64,000 bases of DNA from the NCBI GenBank assembly GCA_900617105.1, contig UYFQ01000001.1, forward strand, positions 868,001-932,000. Reading direction: 5' to 3'. The position numbers and the translations under genes were made by a program. The stretch is from Hydrurus foetidus (lineage: Eukaryota). The notes below the pieces were generated by a model. It was not told the origin of the DNA, ran no database searches, and saw only the letters and a program-made list of their open reading frames with translations. Positions 11,361 to 21,600 of the stretch are shown here, in pieces. The number at the start of each line of letters is the position of its first letter. The first letter of the stretch is position 1.

Positions 11361-12216
11361 GCCTGAAGCAGCCGCTGTAGCCACCTCACCTCCGGCTTTC
11401 GGTGTCATCATCATTGGTGACGAAATCCTTTCCGGTAAACGTGCCGATAAACACCTTGCCAAGGTGATCGAGCTGCTGTCTACACGCGGCTTGCCGCTGG
11501 CGTATGCCGATTACGTGGGCGATGACCCCACCCGTATTACCCACACCCTGGCCCGTGCCTTCGCTTCGGGTGATGTGGTGTTTTCTTTTGGTGGCATCGG
11601 CGCCACGCCTGATGACCACACCCGCCAGTGCGCTGCCCGTGCGCTGGGCGTGCCACTTGCGCTGCACCCACAAGCTGCGGCTTTGATTTACGAGCGCATG
11701 GCCGACATGGCCCGCGAAAAAGGCATACCTTACGAGCCAGACCGTGCAGACAATATGCACCGCCTCAACATGGCGATGTTTCCGCTTGGGGCCACCATCA
11801 TTCCCAACCCGTACAACAAGATTGCGGGTTTCAGTTGCGAAGGGATGGGTAAAGGAGGGCAGGGCGGTGGTCACGTGCATTTTGTGCCCGGCTTCCCTGT
11901 GATGGCGTGGCCCATGGTCGAATGGGTGCTGGACACGCACTACGCGCCTTGGTTTGGCCAAGTTCAGATGACTGAGAAATCTATCATCGTTTACGGCGCA
12001 ATGGAATCCACCTTGACCCCACTGATGGAAGACTTGGAGCGTCTGCACCCCGCTATCAAGGTTTTCAGCCTGCCCAGCGTAGACCATCCCCACTATGGGC
12101 GACACATTGAACTGGGCGTGAAAGGCCCAGCTGTGCACGTTGTCGGTGCTTATGTAGATTTACTTTCAGGGTTACGCCAGTTTAAGCTTGAGTTTGGCCC
12201 TGAATTGGTGCGTTAA
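11326..12216 (+). CDS. Molybdopterin-binding / CinA N-terminal-like protein
   Basis: IIIGDEILSG, VGDD, GGIGATPDDHT, VPGFP motifs; start uncertain. Confidence 0.85.
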   Translation: MSPNPAPSLCAEPEAAAVATSPPAFGVIIIGDEILSGKRADKHLAKVIELLSTRGLPLAYADYVGDDPTRITHTLARAFASGDVVFSFGGIGATPDDHTRQCAARALGVPLALHPQAAALIYERMADMAREKGIPYEPDRADNMHRLNMAMFPLGATIIPNPYNKIAGFSCEGMGKGGQGGGHVHFVPGFPVMAWPMVEWVLDTHYAPWFGQVQMTEKSIIVYGAMESTLTPLMEDLERLHPAIKVFSLPSVDHPHYGRHIELGVKGPAVHVVGAYVDLLSGLRQFKLEFGPELVR

Positions 12217-12244
12217 ATATAAGAATTCTTCAACCCACTCAATT

Positions 12245-12261
12245 TGCACTAATTTGGTGCA
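12245..12261. promoter_or_regulatory. NtrC binding site upstream of glnA
   Basis: TGCACTAATTTGGTGCA matches TGCACY-N5-GGTGCA; weaker copy GGCCCTGAATTGGTGCG at 12196-12212. Confidence 0.85.
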
Positions 12262-12374
12262 AATTGAGTGGGTAGTTGCATTTTGCAGCCACCAAGGTTC
12301 TTGCCTTTTCTAAAAATCGCTTAACTCAAGGCAGAATAAGGTGTTTGGCAGCGCGTTAAATTGGATTAGCGCGA

Positions 12375-12390
12375 TGGCACAAAAACTGCA
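12375..12390 (+). promoter_or_regulatory. Sigma-54 promoter of glnA
   Basis: TGGCACAAAAACTGCA with GG-N10-GC spacing, about 115 bp downstream of the NtrC box. Confidence 0.85.
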
Positions 12391-12440
12391 TTCCTTATGT
12401 TGTATCTGTTACTTTTAAATTATCCACCCAGGAGCCTTAG

Positions 12441-13856
12441 ATGACAAAGACGGTCGCTGACGTAATCAAAATGGTGAAAGAGAATGAAGTCAAGTTTGTT
12501 GACTTCCGTTTCACCGACACCCGTGGCAAAGAGCAGCACGTCACTGTGCCAGTTTCGCATTTCGACGAAGATAAATTCACTTCAGGCCATGCGTTTGACG
12601 GTTCGTCCATCGCTGGCTGGAAGGGCATTGAAGCCTCGGACATGCAGCTCATGCCCGACCCAAACACTGCCAACATCGATCCGTTTTTTGAAGAAACGAC
12701 GATGATTTTGACTTGCGACGTGATTGACCCCGTCGATGGCAAGGCCTACGAGCGCGACCCTCGCTCCCTCGCCAAGCGCGCTGAAGCCTACATGAAGGCC
12801 TCCGGCCTGGGCGACACGGCTTTCTTTGGGCCAGAGCCTGAATTCTTCGTGTTTGACAGCGTGCGTTGGGGCAACGACATGTCCGGCTGCTTCTCTAAGA
12901 TTGATTCTGAAGAAGCCGCTTGGAACACAGGCAAAGAATACGAGCACGGCAATACTGGCCACCGTCCTGCGGTCAAAGGTGGTTACTTCCCCGTGCCACC
13001 CGTTGACAGTTTCCAAGACATGCGCTCGGAAATGTGCCTCGTGCTTGAATCCCTGGGTATCCCCGTTGAAGTACACCACCACGAAGTGGCCAATGCCGGT
13101 CAAATGGAGATCGGCACCCGTTTCAGCACGTTGATCCAGCGCGCTGACTGGGTTCAGTTGCAAAAATACGTGATCCAAAACGTCGCGCATTCCTACGGCA
13201 AAACGGCAACTTTCATGCCCAAGCCCATCGTTGGCGACAACGGTTCTGGCATGCACGTTCACCAGTCGGTCTGGAAAGACGGCAAAAACCTGTTTGCTGG
13301 CGACGGCTATGCAGGCTTGAGCGAATTCGCGCTGTACTACATCGGCGGCATCATCAAGCACGCACGTGCTTTGAACGCCATCACCAACCCCGGCACCAAC
13401 AGCTACAAGCGCTTGGTTCCTGGCTACGAAGCCCCTGTGAAATTGGCTTACTCGGCCAAAAACCGCTCGGCTTCGATCCGTATCCCGTTCGTGGCGAACC
13501 CCAAAGGCCGCCGCGTGGAAGCCCGCTTCCCCGATCCATTGATGAACCCTTACCTCGGCTTCTCTGCCTTGCTGATGGCAGGTCTGGACGGCGTGGAAAA
13601 CAAAATCCATCCCGGCGAAGCAGCCACCAAGGATCTCTACCATTTGCCTCCAGAAGAAGACAAATTGATCCCTACTGTCTGCCACAGTCTGGACCAGGCG
13701 CTCGAATGCCTGGACGCAGACCGTGCGTTCTTGACCAAAGGCGGCGTGTTCACCGATGCCTACATTGATGCATACATCGAGTTGAAAATGACCGAAGTGA
13801 CTCGTCTGCGTATGGCCACCCACCCCGTGGAATTTGACATGTACTACTCGCTGTAA
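12441..13856 (+). CDS. glnA: Glutamine synthetase type I
   Basis: [43 protein letters not shown] adenylylation Tyr. Confidence 0.99.
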   Translation: MTKTVADVIKMVKENEVKFVDFRFTDTRGKEQHVTVPVSHFDEDKFTSGHAFDGSSIAGWKGIEASDMQLMPDPNTANIDPFFEETTMILTCDVIDPVDGKAYERDPRSLAKRAEAYMKASGLGDTAFFGPEPEFFVFDSVRWGNDMSGCFSKIDSEEAAWNTGKEYEHGNTGHRPAVKGGYFPVPPVDSFQDMRSEMCLVLESLGIPVEVHHHEVANAGQMEIGTRFSTLIQRADWVQLQKYVIQNVAHSYGKTATFMPKPIVGDNGSGMHVHQSVWKDGKNLFAGDGYAGLSEFALYYIGGIIKHARALNAITNPGTNSYKRLVPGYEAPVKLAYSAKNRSASIRIPFVANPKGRRVEARFPDPLMNPYLGFSALLMAGLDGVENKIHPGEAATKDLYHLPPEEDKLIPTVCHSLDQALECLDADRAFLTKGGVFTDAYIDAYIELKMTEVTRLRMATHPVEFDMYYSL

Positions 13857-13900
13857 TCCAGCGTTTCAAAGACGCTGAAGAATTGAACTTCAGCGCCCAC

Positions 13901-13926
13901 AAAGGACAGCCTCGTGCTGTCCTTTT
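13901..13926 (+). terminator. Intrinsic terminator after glnA
   Basis: AAAGGACAGC-CTCGT-GCTGTCCTTT-T hairpin. Confidence 0.7.
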
Positions 13927-14023
13927 GTCGTTTGGAGCCCCTGGTTTGGAACTTGGCAGCAAGTGCGCGATACTAAGTACCCACCTGCTCAAGCTATTTT
14001 TCCAGTGTGGGCGCATTAAGTTT

Positions 14024-14545
14024 ATGAAATTTCCATTTTTTCCCATCGTACTTTTCCTGGGTCTGACATTTGTACCGCTGCTGCCTGCGACGGCGCAAGA
14101 CAGCATTTTTCGCTGTGGCAACGAGTACACCAACAATGCCGCCGATGCCAAAGCCAGAGGTTGTAAAACGCTGCAAGGTGGCAACATCACCATCGTCCAA
14201 GGCACCAAGCCTGCCAGCACCGCGTCAGGTGTTCGCGTGGCTTCGTCCACACCTTCAATGGCTGTATCGCCTCCTTCCGCCCCCCGTGTGGATGCCAGCG
14301 AACAGCGCAACCGTGATACCGGTGCCCGTGCTATCTTGGAAACCGAACTCAAGCGCACGGAAGCCCGGCAGGCAGAGTTACAGCGTGAGTACAACAACGG
14401 CGAACCTGAAAAAACCGGTGGCGAAGCCCGCAACTATCAAAAATACATTGACCGTGTGGCCGAACTCAAAGCCAATTTGGCCCGCAACGACGAAGACATT
14501 GCTGGCCTAAGGCGCGAGCTGGCGCGTTTGCCGTCCGGCAAATGA
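14024..14545 (+). CDS. Exported hypothetical protein (DUF4124-like) upstream of ntrB
   Basis: Signal peptide, IFRC...YTN...GC segment, coiled-coil C-terminus; overlaps ntrB start. Confidence 0.7.
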   Translation: MKFPFFPIVLFLGLTFVPLLPATAQDSIFRCGNEYTNNAADAKARGCKTLQGGNITIVQGTKPASTASGVRVASSTPSMAVSPPSAPRVDASEQRNRDTGARAILETELKRTEARQAELQREYNNGEPEKTGGEARNYQKYIDRVAELKANLARNDEDIAGLRRELARLPSGK

Positions 14546-15624
14546 AAGGCACGCCCGCTATCCCCACCAGCCCCATTAATCGCTTCCAAGCCTTCGATTT
14601 ACTGGCCACCCTGGTGGCCGTGGTTCGCACCGATGGCAATGTGATTTTTGCCAATGCGGCACTGGAAGACGCGCTAGGAACTTCGCGTCGTACCATCGAG
14701 GGTTCACGCTTTCCCGAGTGTTTCACCGAGCCGCATATCCTCCAAAGCGCCTTGACCAGTGCCAGGAGCAATGAGTTTGCGGCCTTGCGCTACGACGCTT
14801 GGCTCAAGCGTGCTGGCACCGATCTCGTGCCCGTCCATGTGGTGCTGGCCCAAACCGATCACCCTGCTGAATTCGTCATTGAGCTGCTGCCGTTGGAGCA
14901 GCAAGCCAAGCAAGACCGTGAAGAGCGGTTGATTGATCAAGCGCAGGCCAACAAAGAGCTGATCCGCAACCTCGCCCATGAGATTAAAAACCCCTTGGGC
15001 GGAATCCGAGGTGCTGCGCAGTTGCTGCAAATGGAAATCGAATCGCGTGAGCTGATCGAATACACCCAGGTCATCATCCACGAGGCTGACCGACTGCAAA
15101 CGTTGGTAGACCGTCTGCTGGCACCGCACCGCCGTCCCCATGTGGTGGGCGACGTGAACATCCATGAGGTGTGCGAGCGCGTGCGCTCCTTGATCGTGGC
15201 CGAGTTTCCCAAGGGCTTGACGCTGGTTCGTGATTACGACACCTCCATCCCCGAGTTCCGGGGTGACCGCGAGCAACTTATTCAAGCGTTGCTCAACGTG
15301 GTTCATAACGCCTGCCAAGCCCTGAGTGAGCAGATCGCGGATGAGAGCGCTGAGCTGATTTTGCGCACCCGCATCGCCCGCCAAGTGACATTCGGAAAAC
15401 AACGCTACCGACTGGCATTGGAATTGCATGTCATTGACAACGGACCCGGTGTACCGGATTCGATCAAAGACCGCATTTTCTATCCCCTGGTGTCAGGCAG
15501 AGAAGGTGGTTCAGGCCTAGGGCTGACATTGGCGCAAACCTTTGTGCAGCAGCATCATGGCCTGATCGAATGCGACAGCGTCCCTGGCCGCACGGATTTC
15601 AAACTGTTGATTCCGCTGCCCTGA
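14542..15624 (+). CDS. glnL: Nitrogen regulation histidine kinase NtrB
   Basis: LAHEIKNPLGGIRGAAQLL H-box, DNGPG, GSGLGL. Confidence 0.97.
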   Translation: MKGTPAIPTSPINRFQAFDLLATLVAVVRTDGNVIFANAALEDALGTSRRTIEGSRFPECFTEPHILQSALTSARSNEFAALRYDAWLKRAGTDLVPVHVVLAQTDHPAEFVIELLPLEQQAKQDREERLIDQAQANKELIRNLAHEIKNPLGGIRGAAQLLQMEIESRELIEYTQVIIHEADRLQTLVDRLLAPHRRPHVVGDVNIHEVCERVRSLIVAEFPKGLTLVRDYDTSIPEFRGDREQLIQALLNVVHNACQALSEQIADESAELILRTRIARQVTFGKQRYRLALELHVIDNGPGVPDSIKDRIFYPLVSGREGGSGLGLTLAQTFVQQHHGLIECDSVPGRTDFKLLIPLP

Positions 15625-15669
15625 TTCCCCCCAAGCGCACAAGCGCTGACCAGAGGTGACACAAGCGAC

Positions 15670-17375
15670 ATGAAACCTATTTGGATAGTAGATGACGACC
15701 AGTCCATCCGTTTCGTCCTGGAAAAAGCACTGTCCCGTGAAGGCCTGCCCACCCGCAGCTTCACCAATCCTCGCGATGTGCTGACCGCTCTGGCCACCTC
15801 CGCCGACGAAGATGGCCCGCAAGTGCTGGTCAGCGACATCCGCATGCCCGGCGGCTCAGGCCTAGATCTCTTGGCCAAAGTCAAAGAAAAGCAGCCCGGT
15901 CTGCCCGTCATCATCATGACGGCATTTTCTGATTTAGACAGTGCTGTGTCCTCTTTTCAAGGGGGCGCGTTCGAGTACCTGCCCAAGCCGTTTGACCTGC
16001 CAAAGCCGTGGAGTTGATTCGCCGCGCCGTCGAAGAAAGCCAGCGTGAAGAGGTGGCCGAAGAGCGCATGGCCGCCGCCCCTGAAATGCTGGGCCAAGCG
16101 CCCGCTATGCAAGATGTGTTCCGCGCCATCGGTCGCCTGAGCCAAAGCAACGTGACAGTGATGATTACCGGCGAATCCGGCTCAGGCAAAGAGCTCGTCG
16201 CCCGCGCTCTGCACAAGCACTCACCACGTGCCAATGGGCCATTTGTTGCTATCAATACCGCAGCAATTCCCAAAGATTTACTGGAAAGCGAACTGTTCGG
16301 CCACGAGCGCGGTGCCTTCACCGGCGCACAAACCATGCGCCGAGGCCGCTTCGAGCAGGCTGATGGCGGCACGCTGTTCCTCGACGAAATCGGCGACATG
16401 CCCTTTGATTTGCAAACCCGCTTGTTGCGGGTGCTGAGCGATGGGCATTTCTACCGCGTTGGTGGGCACAACGCCGTCAAAACCAATGTGCGTGTCATCG
16501 CTGCCACCCACCAAGATTTGGAACAGCGCGTCAAAGAAGGTGGCTTTCGCGAAGATTTGTTCCACCGCCTGAATGTCATCCGCCTGCGCCTGCCCGCCCT
16601 GCGTGAGCGCCGCGAAGACGTCCCCATGCTGACACGCCACTTTTTGCAGCAAAGCGCCCAGCAACTCGGCGTGGAGCCCAAGCGCATTGCGGACGCTGCG
16701 CTGGCCCGTCTCGGTTTGTTTGCCTTCCCCGGCAATGTGCGCCAGCTCGAAAATGTCTGCCATTGGCTGACCGTGATGGCCCCCGCGCAAGTGGTTGAAC
16801 CTAAAGATTTGCCACCCGAAGTGCTCAGTGGCACCGCAGAACACCTCGCCCCGCCTGAGCCACATGTGGGGACTGCCATCAGTGGCTACCGCTCAGAGCC
16901 GGTTAGCACCCTGGTGAATACATCCGCAAGCCCACCCCAGGCTCCAGTGGTGGTGCCCCCCGTCTTCACCATCCCCACGGTCGCAGCACAAAGCTATGGG
17001 GAACCTACCGGTATCGGCACAAACGGGCTGGCAGCGCATGAACAAGCACAGCCACAAGCGCTCACCACCTCGTCTGGCATGCCGGGCGATGTACGCAGCG
17101 ACAGCCTCGCCTCAAGCCTGCAAAACGGTGTCGTACCGATGCTCGGTGTCGCCGTTGACAGCAAGGCCTGGGAGCAAGGTCTGGAAGACGAAGCTTTGCT
17201 GCTGCTGGCCTCCGGTCGCCATGACGTATGGGATGAGTTGACCCGCCGTTTCGAGTCCAAGCTCATCCTCACCGCACTCGCCAACACCCGAGGGCGGCGC
17301 ATCGAAGCTGCTCAAAAATTGGGTATTGGCCGTAATACCATCACCCGCAAAATTCAGGAGCTGGGTTTAGAGTAA
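15670..17375 (+). pseudogene. glnG: Nitrogen regulation response regulator NtrC, split by a 1-bp deletion near 16000 (real or sequencing error)
   Basis: Receiver domain ORF 15670-16017 and AAA+/HTH ORF 16008-17375 (GESGSGKE, GAFTGA, LGIGRNTITRK) in different frames; one added base restores PFDLPKAVELIRRA. Confidence 0.9.
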
Positions 17376-18143
17376 CTCAACGATCACCGGTGTGTGGTCG
17401 CTGGGACGCTCGTTTTTGCGGGGTAGCTTGTCAATCACGCAGCTTTGCAGGTAAGGCTTCAGCGCCTCGCTTATCAAGGTGTAGTCGATGCGCATGCCTC
17501 GGTTGCGGCGAAAACCAAAATCGCGGTAATCCCACCATGAAAAGCTTTTTTCGGGGTGCTCAAATTCGCGAAAAGCATCGGTCAACCCCAGGCCTACCAG
17601 TGCTTTGAAATGGTCACGCTCAGCGGTGGTGTGGTGAATGGTTTCGCGCAAGCCTTCGGGATCGTAGCTGTCGCGGTCGTCAGCCGTGACGTTGAAGTCA
17701 CCCACCAGTACCAGTCTAGGGTGCTGGGCCAGCTCCAGCTTCAGCCAATCGTGCAGCGCCGTTAACCAGCGCATTTTGTAGGCGAATTTATCGCTGTCGG
17801 GCGCTTGGCCATTCACGAAATAGCCGTTCACCACCCGCACCGGCCCAAGCGCCGACATCACCGTGCCCGCAATCACCCGCGCTTGCTCGTCGTCAAAGCC
17901 AGGGATATTTTTTTGCACCTCTGTGAGTGGCGAGCGGCTCAGCAGCGCCACGCCGTTGTAGGTTTTTTGACCCAAGGCGCAAGCGCTGTAGCCCGCTGCC
18001 TCAAACGCTGCAAACGGGAATTTATCTTCGGTCATCTTGAGCTCTTGCAGCCCCAGCACATCGACTGGATTAGCGGTCAACCAGTCCAGAACTTGAGGTG
18101 CGCGAACGGTGAGAGAGTTGACATTCCAGGTCGCGATTTTCAT
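17367..18143 (-). CDS. xth: Exodeoxyribonuclease III
   Basis: MKIATWNVNS, LQELK, GDFN, WWDYR, RIDY, SDHTP motifs. Confidence 0.97.
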   Translation of the reverse strand: MKIATWNVNSLTVRAPQVLDWLTANPVDVLGLQELKMTEDKFPFAAFEAAGYSACALGQKTYNGVALLSRSPLTEVQKNIPGFDDEQARVIAGTVMSALGPVRVVNGYFVNGQAPDSDKFAYKMRWLTALHDWLKLELAQHPRLVLVGDFNVTADDRDSYDPEGLRETIHHTTAERDHFKALVGLGLTDAFREFEHPEKSFSWWDYRDFGFRRNRGMRIDYTLISEALKPYLQSCVIDKLPRKNERPSDHTPVIVELL

Positions 18144-18373
18144 ATTTTTTGTATCTTATTGATTTATATTGATAAATTATGCGTAGATCGACTGAATTTT
18201 TATCTAACTGTCGCATCCCGGGCGATTGTATGGACGCTTCCTCAACAAGTGCTGACAGAACCGATGGCAAGCTCCAAGGTTTGCTGAACCCCATCAGTTT
18301 CAGTAACCCGAAGTCGCTGCCAGAAAAAATTATTGAAGCAGGGCGGGACTGAGGTGGCGGTTTTCCTCGCAGC

Positions 18374-19027
18374 CTATAACTGCCGGTATACCGCTTCGGC
18401 CAGTTGCAACAACTCGGCACGCGGTAGATCACCTGACAGGGCATAGCCAAAGCCCTGATCGACCCAGTAAAAACGGGCCAGCTTACCTTCACCTGAAAAT
18501 TGAAAGCTGCTTGCAGGCGGGCTGGCTTCTTTCAACGCCCCCAGGTACAGCGTCAGCCGTTTTCCCTTCGCATCTTGGTACATGAACTGTGCCCGAACAC
18601 CGTCTTCTCCGGGCAGCAAACGTCCACCCACCAGCGCATAGCCTTGTGGGTTCAGATCGGCGAGCTTGAGAGGGCGGTCTAGGCGCTTGGACAGCCATTG
18701 CACCAAGTGCGCTTGCTGGGCCGCATCAACTTCTACCGGATGCTTGACCTCGGGCACATACGCCGCGTGTGCCAAGCCTGCCTGATGGGCAAAAGCCAAC
18801 GTGGCCGGGCGCGTAGATGCATACATCTGTCCGTGCATCGTCCAGCCGATGCCAAAAGACAGCAGCACAGAGGCCGCCATGCCGCCCCAGCGCCACTGGG
18901 TATCGCGCAGTGCATGGGCTGCGGCTGTGCGCTGCGCTGCGGCCAGAAGGCTTGGGGGTATGGTTTCGGTCAAAACCTCACTGTGCAAGGCTTGCAGACG
19001 TGCCTTAAGGCTCTTCTCATCGCTCAT
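18374..19027 (-). CDS. Transmembrane anti-sigma factor
   Basis: Single TM (AASVLLSFGIGW), HPVEV...WLSKRL, GGRLLP periplasmic motifs; overlaps sigma factor stop. Confidence 0.88.
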   Translation of the reverse strand: MSDEKSLKARLQALHSEVLTETIPPSLLAAAQRTAAAHALRDTQWRWGGMAASVLLSFGIGWTMHGQMYASTRPATLAFAHQAGLAHAAYVPEVKHPVEVDAAQQAHLVQWLSKRLDRPLKLADLNPQGYALVGGRLLPGEDGVRAQFMYQDAKGKRLTLYLGALKEASPPASSFQFSGEGKLARFYWVDQGFGYALSGDLPRAELLQLAEAVYRQL

Positions 19028-19551
19028 TTAAGCCTCCGCAAGACGGGTTTCTCACTGTGCAAAGCGGTAGATGGTTTCTCGTCCAGTAACTCGCGTAAGC
19101 GTTGGCGTGCGCGCGACAAGCGTGACATCACGGTGCCTACCGGCACACGGGTGATTTTGGCGACCTCGGCATAGCTCAACTCTTCCAGGCTGACCAGCAG
19201 CAAGACCGCACGCTGATCCACTGGCAAGCGCAGCAGGCAGCGCTGCAAATCAATGCCCAGATCGGCTTGTGTCGCCGGCGCATGCATCTCGGCTTCAGCC
19301 GTGTCCATATCGACAGCGCTACCGGCACTGGCTACGCGCATTTGGTAGCGCAAATTGTCTATCGCCAAGTTGTGCATCAACGTGAACAGCCAGGCCCGTA
19401 AATCACTGCCTGGCAACCACAACCGCCATTTGGTACAGGCACGCTCCAGTGTGTCATGCACCAAGTCATCGGCGGCCCAGGTATCGCCTGTCAACACCCG
19501 TGCATACCGGCGCAAGGCCGGTAACTGCGCGACGAGTTGATCCTGGTGCAT
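19024..19551 (-). CDS. ECF RNA polymerase sigma factor
   Basis: ADDLVHDT, AWLFTLMHN region 2; LSYAEVA...GTVMSRLSRAR region 4. Confidence 0.95.
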   Translation of the reverse strand: MHQDQLVAQLPALRRYARVLTGDTWAADDLVHDTLERACTKWRLWLPGSDLRAWLFTLMHNLAIDNLRYQMRVASAGSAVDMDTAEAEMHAPATQADLGIDLQRCLLRLPVDQRAVLLLVSLEELSYAEVAKITRVPVGTVMSRLSRARQRLRELLDEKPSTALHSEKPVLRRLK

Positions 19552-19562
19552 GCGAACGGGGT

Positions 19563-19949
19563 TTACTTGACGACGTGCCAGGCGTTGTTCAAGAAGCCGT
19601 CACCCAGCTTGTCACCGACCTTCATGTCTTTGATGAAGTAGTACAACGGCTTGCCATTCATGGCCCATTGCTTTTTGCCGTCATCACGGGTAACGATGCT
19701 GTAGGCACCCGTTGCCTTGTCGGTGTCAGCTGCCATTAACGCTGGCCAGTTGGTGGCGCAGGGGCCATTGCAGACCGACTTGCCGTTACCAGTGGTGTCT
19801 TTGTCAAACGTGTACAAAGTCATGCCGTTGGAGCCCACCAAAACGCCATCGGCCATTTTGGTAGGGGCCGACATGGTCGTGGCGCAACCGGCCAACAAAG
19901 CCACAGAGAGAGACAGCGCCAAGCCAATGCGCGAAGCTGTGAATTGCAT
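19563..19949 (-). CDS. Lipoprotein with Yx(FWY)xxD repeats (COG4315-like)
   Basis: Lipobox LAGC, GMTLYTFDKD, C..C...WP, GKPLYYFIKD. Confidence 0.88.
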   Translation of the reverse strand: MQFTASRIGLALSLSVALLAGCATTMSAPTKMADGVLVGSNGMTLYTFDKDTTGNGKSVCNGPCATNWPALMAADTDKATGAYSIVTRDDGKKQWAMNGKPLYYFIKDMKVGDKLGDGFLNNAWHVVK

Positions 19950-20103
19950 GGAAATCTCCTAGAGTCAAGAATAAGAACACAAACCAAGTGTTTGCACAGG
20001 GGTAAACGCCCGCACAGCTTGGTTTATTCCATGAGGTACACAATAAAGTTGAAATGAACTTTGCCAACGCAGCCGTGGCTGCGGGCATAATTCAAACCTC
20101 ATC

Positions 20104-20137
20104 ACCGCCGGGCGCAAACGCCCGGCGGTTTGCTTTT
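20104..20137 (+). terminator. Terminator-like hairpin in greA leader
   Basis: ACCGCCGGGCG-CAAA-CGCCCGGCGGT then TTGCTTTT, just before the greA RBS. Confidence 0.65.
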
Positions 20138-20149
20138 GGAGAATCAAAA

Positions 20150-20626
20150 ATGGCAACCCTACCTATTACCAAGCGCGGCGCAGAGAAACTCAAAGCCGAA
20201 TTGCACAACCTCAAAACCGTTCAGCGCCCTTGGGTCATCAACGCGATTTCTGAAGCCCGTTCTCAAGGTGACTTGAGCGAAAACGCCGAATACGATGCGG
20301 CCAAAGAGCGCCAAGGCTTTATCGAAGGCCGCATTCAAGAGATCGACGGCAAGCTGTCAGCAGCGCAAATCATTGACCCCTCTGTGCTGGACGCTGGTGG
20401 CCGTGTCGTGTTTGGCTCCACCGTTGAGCTGGAAGACGAAGACTCCGGTGCCAAGGTCAAGTACCAAATCGTCGGTGAAGACGAAGCCGATTTGAAGCTC
20501 GGTTTCATCAATATCGGCAGCCCCATCGCCCGTGCGTTGATCGGCAAGAACGAAGGTGACAGCGTTGAAGTGCAGGCTCCGGGTGGTCTCAAGCACTTTG
20601 AGATCATGAAGGTGTCTTACCTTTGA
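20150..20626 (+). CDS. greA: Transcription elongation factor GreA
   Basis: [31 protein letters not shown]. Confidence 0.98.
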   Translation: MATLPITKRGAEKLKAELHNLKTVQRPWVINAISEARSQGDLSENAEYDAAKERQGFIEGRIQEIDGKLSAAQIIDPSVLDAGGRVVFGSTVELEDEDSGAKVKYQIVGEDEADLKLGFINIGSPIARALIGKNEGDSVEVQAPGGLKHFEIMKVSYL

Positions 20627-21051
20627 GGCAACGCCTGCCCGTCTTTGCCGCCGCCTTGTGGTGGGGGAGCTTGACCACGCTGGGTTTTTTGGTGGTGCCG
20701 CTGTTGTTCATGTACCTTGCGACACCGGCCGTTGCTGGCAATATGGCGGCCAAGCTGTTTGCTGTGCAGACCTGGGTTTCGCTAGTCTGCGGGGTGCTGT
20801 TGATGCTTTTTTTACCCTCAAAAGCAAGCTCTGCGCAGGTTGAATATACGAGAGCAGCTCTTATTTTTGTAGCGATTGGCATGCTGCTCGCCGCGCTCAA
20901 CGCGTTCGCTGTGTCGCCGCGCATCGTGGCCCGTGAGAGTCTGAAACTCTGGCACGGTATCAGCAGCGCGATGTACTTGATCCAGTGGGTTTGCAGCGCA
21001 GTGGTGCTGTGGAAATTGGCCACCGAACCTGCTTCAGAGCAGCAGACGTAA
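20623..21051 (+). CDS. DUF4149-type membrane protein
   Basis: Four hydrophobic segments, PLLF..L...AG..A..LF and WHG.SS patterns; usual position after greA. Confidence 0.75.
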   Translation: MRQRLPVFAAALWWGSLTTLGFLVVPLLFMYLATPAVAGNMAAKLFAVQTWVSLVCGVLLMLFLPSKASSAQVEYTRAALIFVAIGMLLAALNAFAVSPRIVARESLKLWHGISSAMYLIQWVCSAVVLWKLATEPASEQQT

Positions 21052-21105
21052 AAAAGGCCACGGGTAAGTGGCCTGGTGCATCGCTTTGAAGGATTTCTAA
21101 GGGTT

Positions 21106-21579
21106 TTAAGTTTGGCTGCGTTTCTTAACGCTGGTTTGCTTGGGCTTAGAGCGCTTCACTGTGCCGCCTTGGGTCAGCCGCTGGTTGCCTAAGACGCGCA
21201 GTGTTTTGACTTCAGGACGTTGACCACCGCGCTTGCTGTATTTCAGCACTTTGAAGTCGCGTGGGCCGGGCATGCGGTCTTCATCTACTGTGCGCTCTTT
21301 TTCGGGCATCGGGCGCCACAGCACCAGCAGTTTGCCGATGTGCTGAATGGGTGCAGCACCCAGTTCGTCGCACAGGGTTTGGTACATCGCCTCGCGGGCA
21401 GTGCGGTCATCGCCATGCACGCGGACTTTGATGAGGCCGTGGGCGTTCAGCGCGGCATCGGTTTCTTTTTTAACGCCGGCGGTCAGGCCATCGTTCCCGA
21501 TCATCACGACGGGGCTTAAATGGTGGGCGTTGGCGCGGTGGCCTTTGCGTTGCGCAATAGTCAGTTGTATTTGGGGCAT
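21106..21579 (-). CDS. yhbY: YhbY/CRM-domain RNA-binding protein
   Basis: [33 protein letters not shown]; divergent from rlmE. Confidence 0.92.
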   Translation of the reverse strand: MPQIQLTIAQRKGHRANAHHLSPVVMIGNDGLTAGVKKETDAALNAHGLIKVRVHGDDRTAREAMYQTLCDELGAAPIQHIGKLLVLWRPMPEKERTVDEDRMPGPRDFKVLKYSKRGGQRPEVKTLRVLGNQRLTQGGTVKRSKPKQTSVKKRSQT

Positions 21580-21600
21580 ACCCGTATTATCGAGCCTAAT

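Noticed and set aside
12582..13823. 413-aa ORF antisense to glnA (likewise 23026-24288 opposite ftsH and 62054-63277 opposite emrA)
   Set aside because: Fully overlap well-supported genes; typical GC-rich antisense frames
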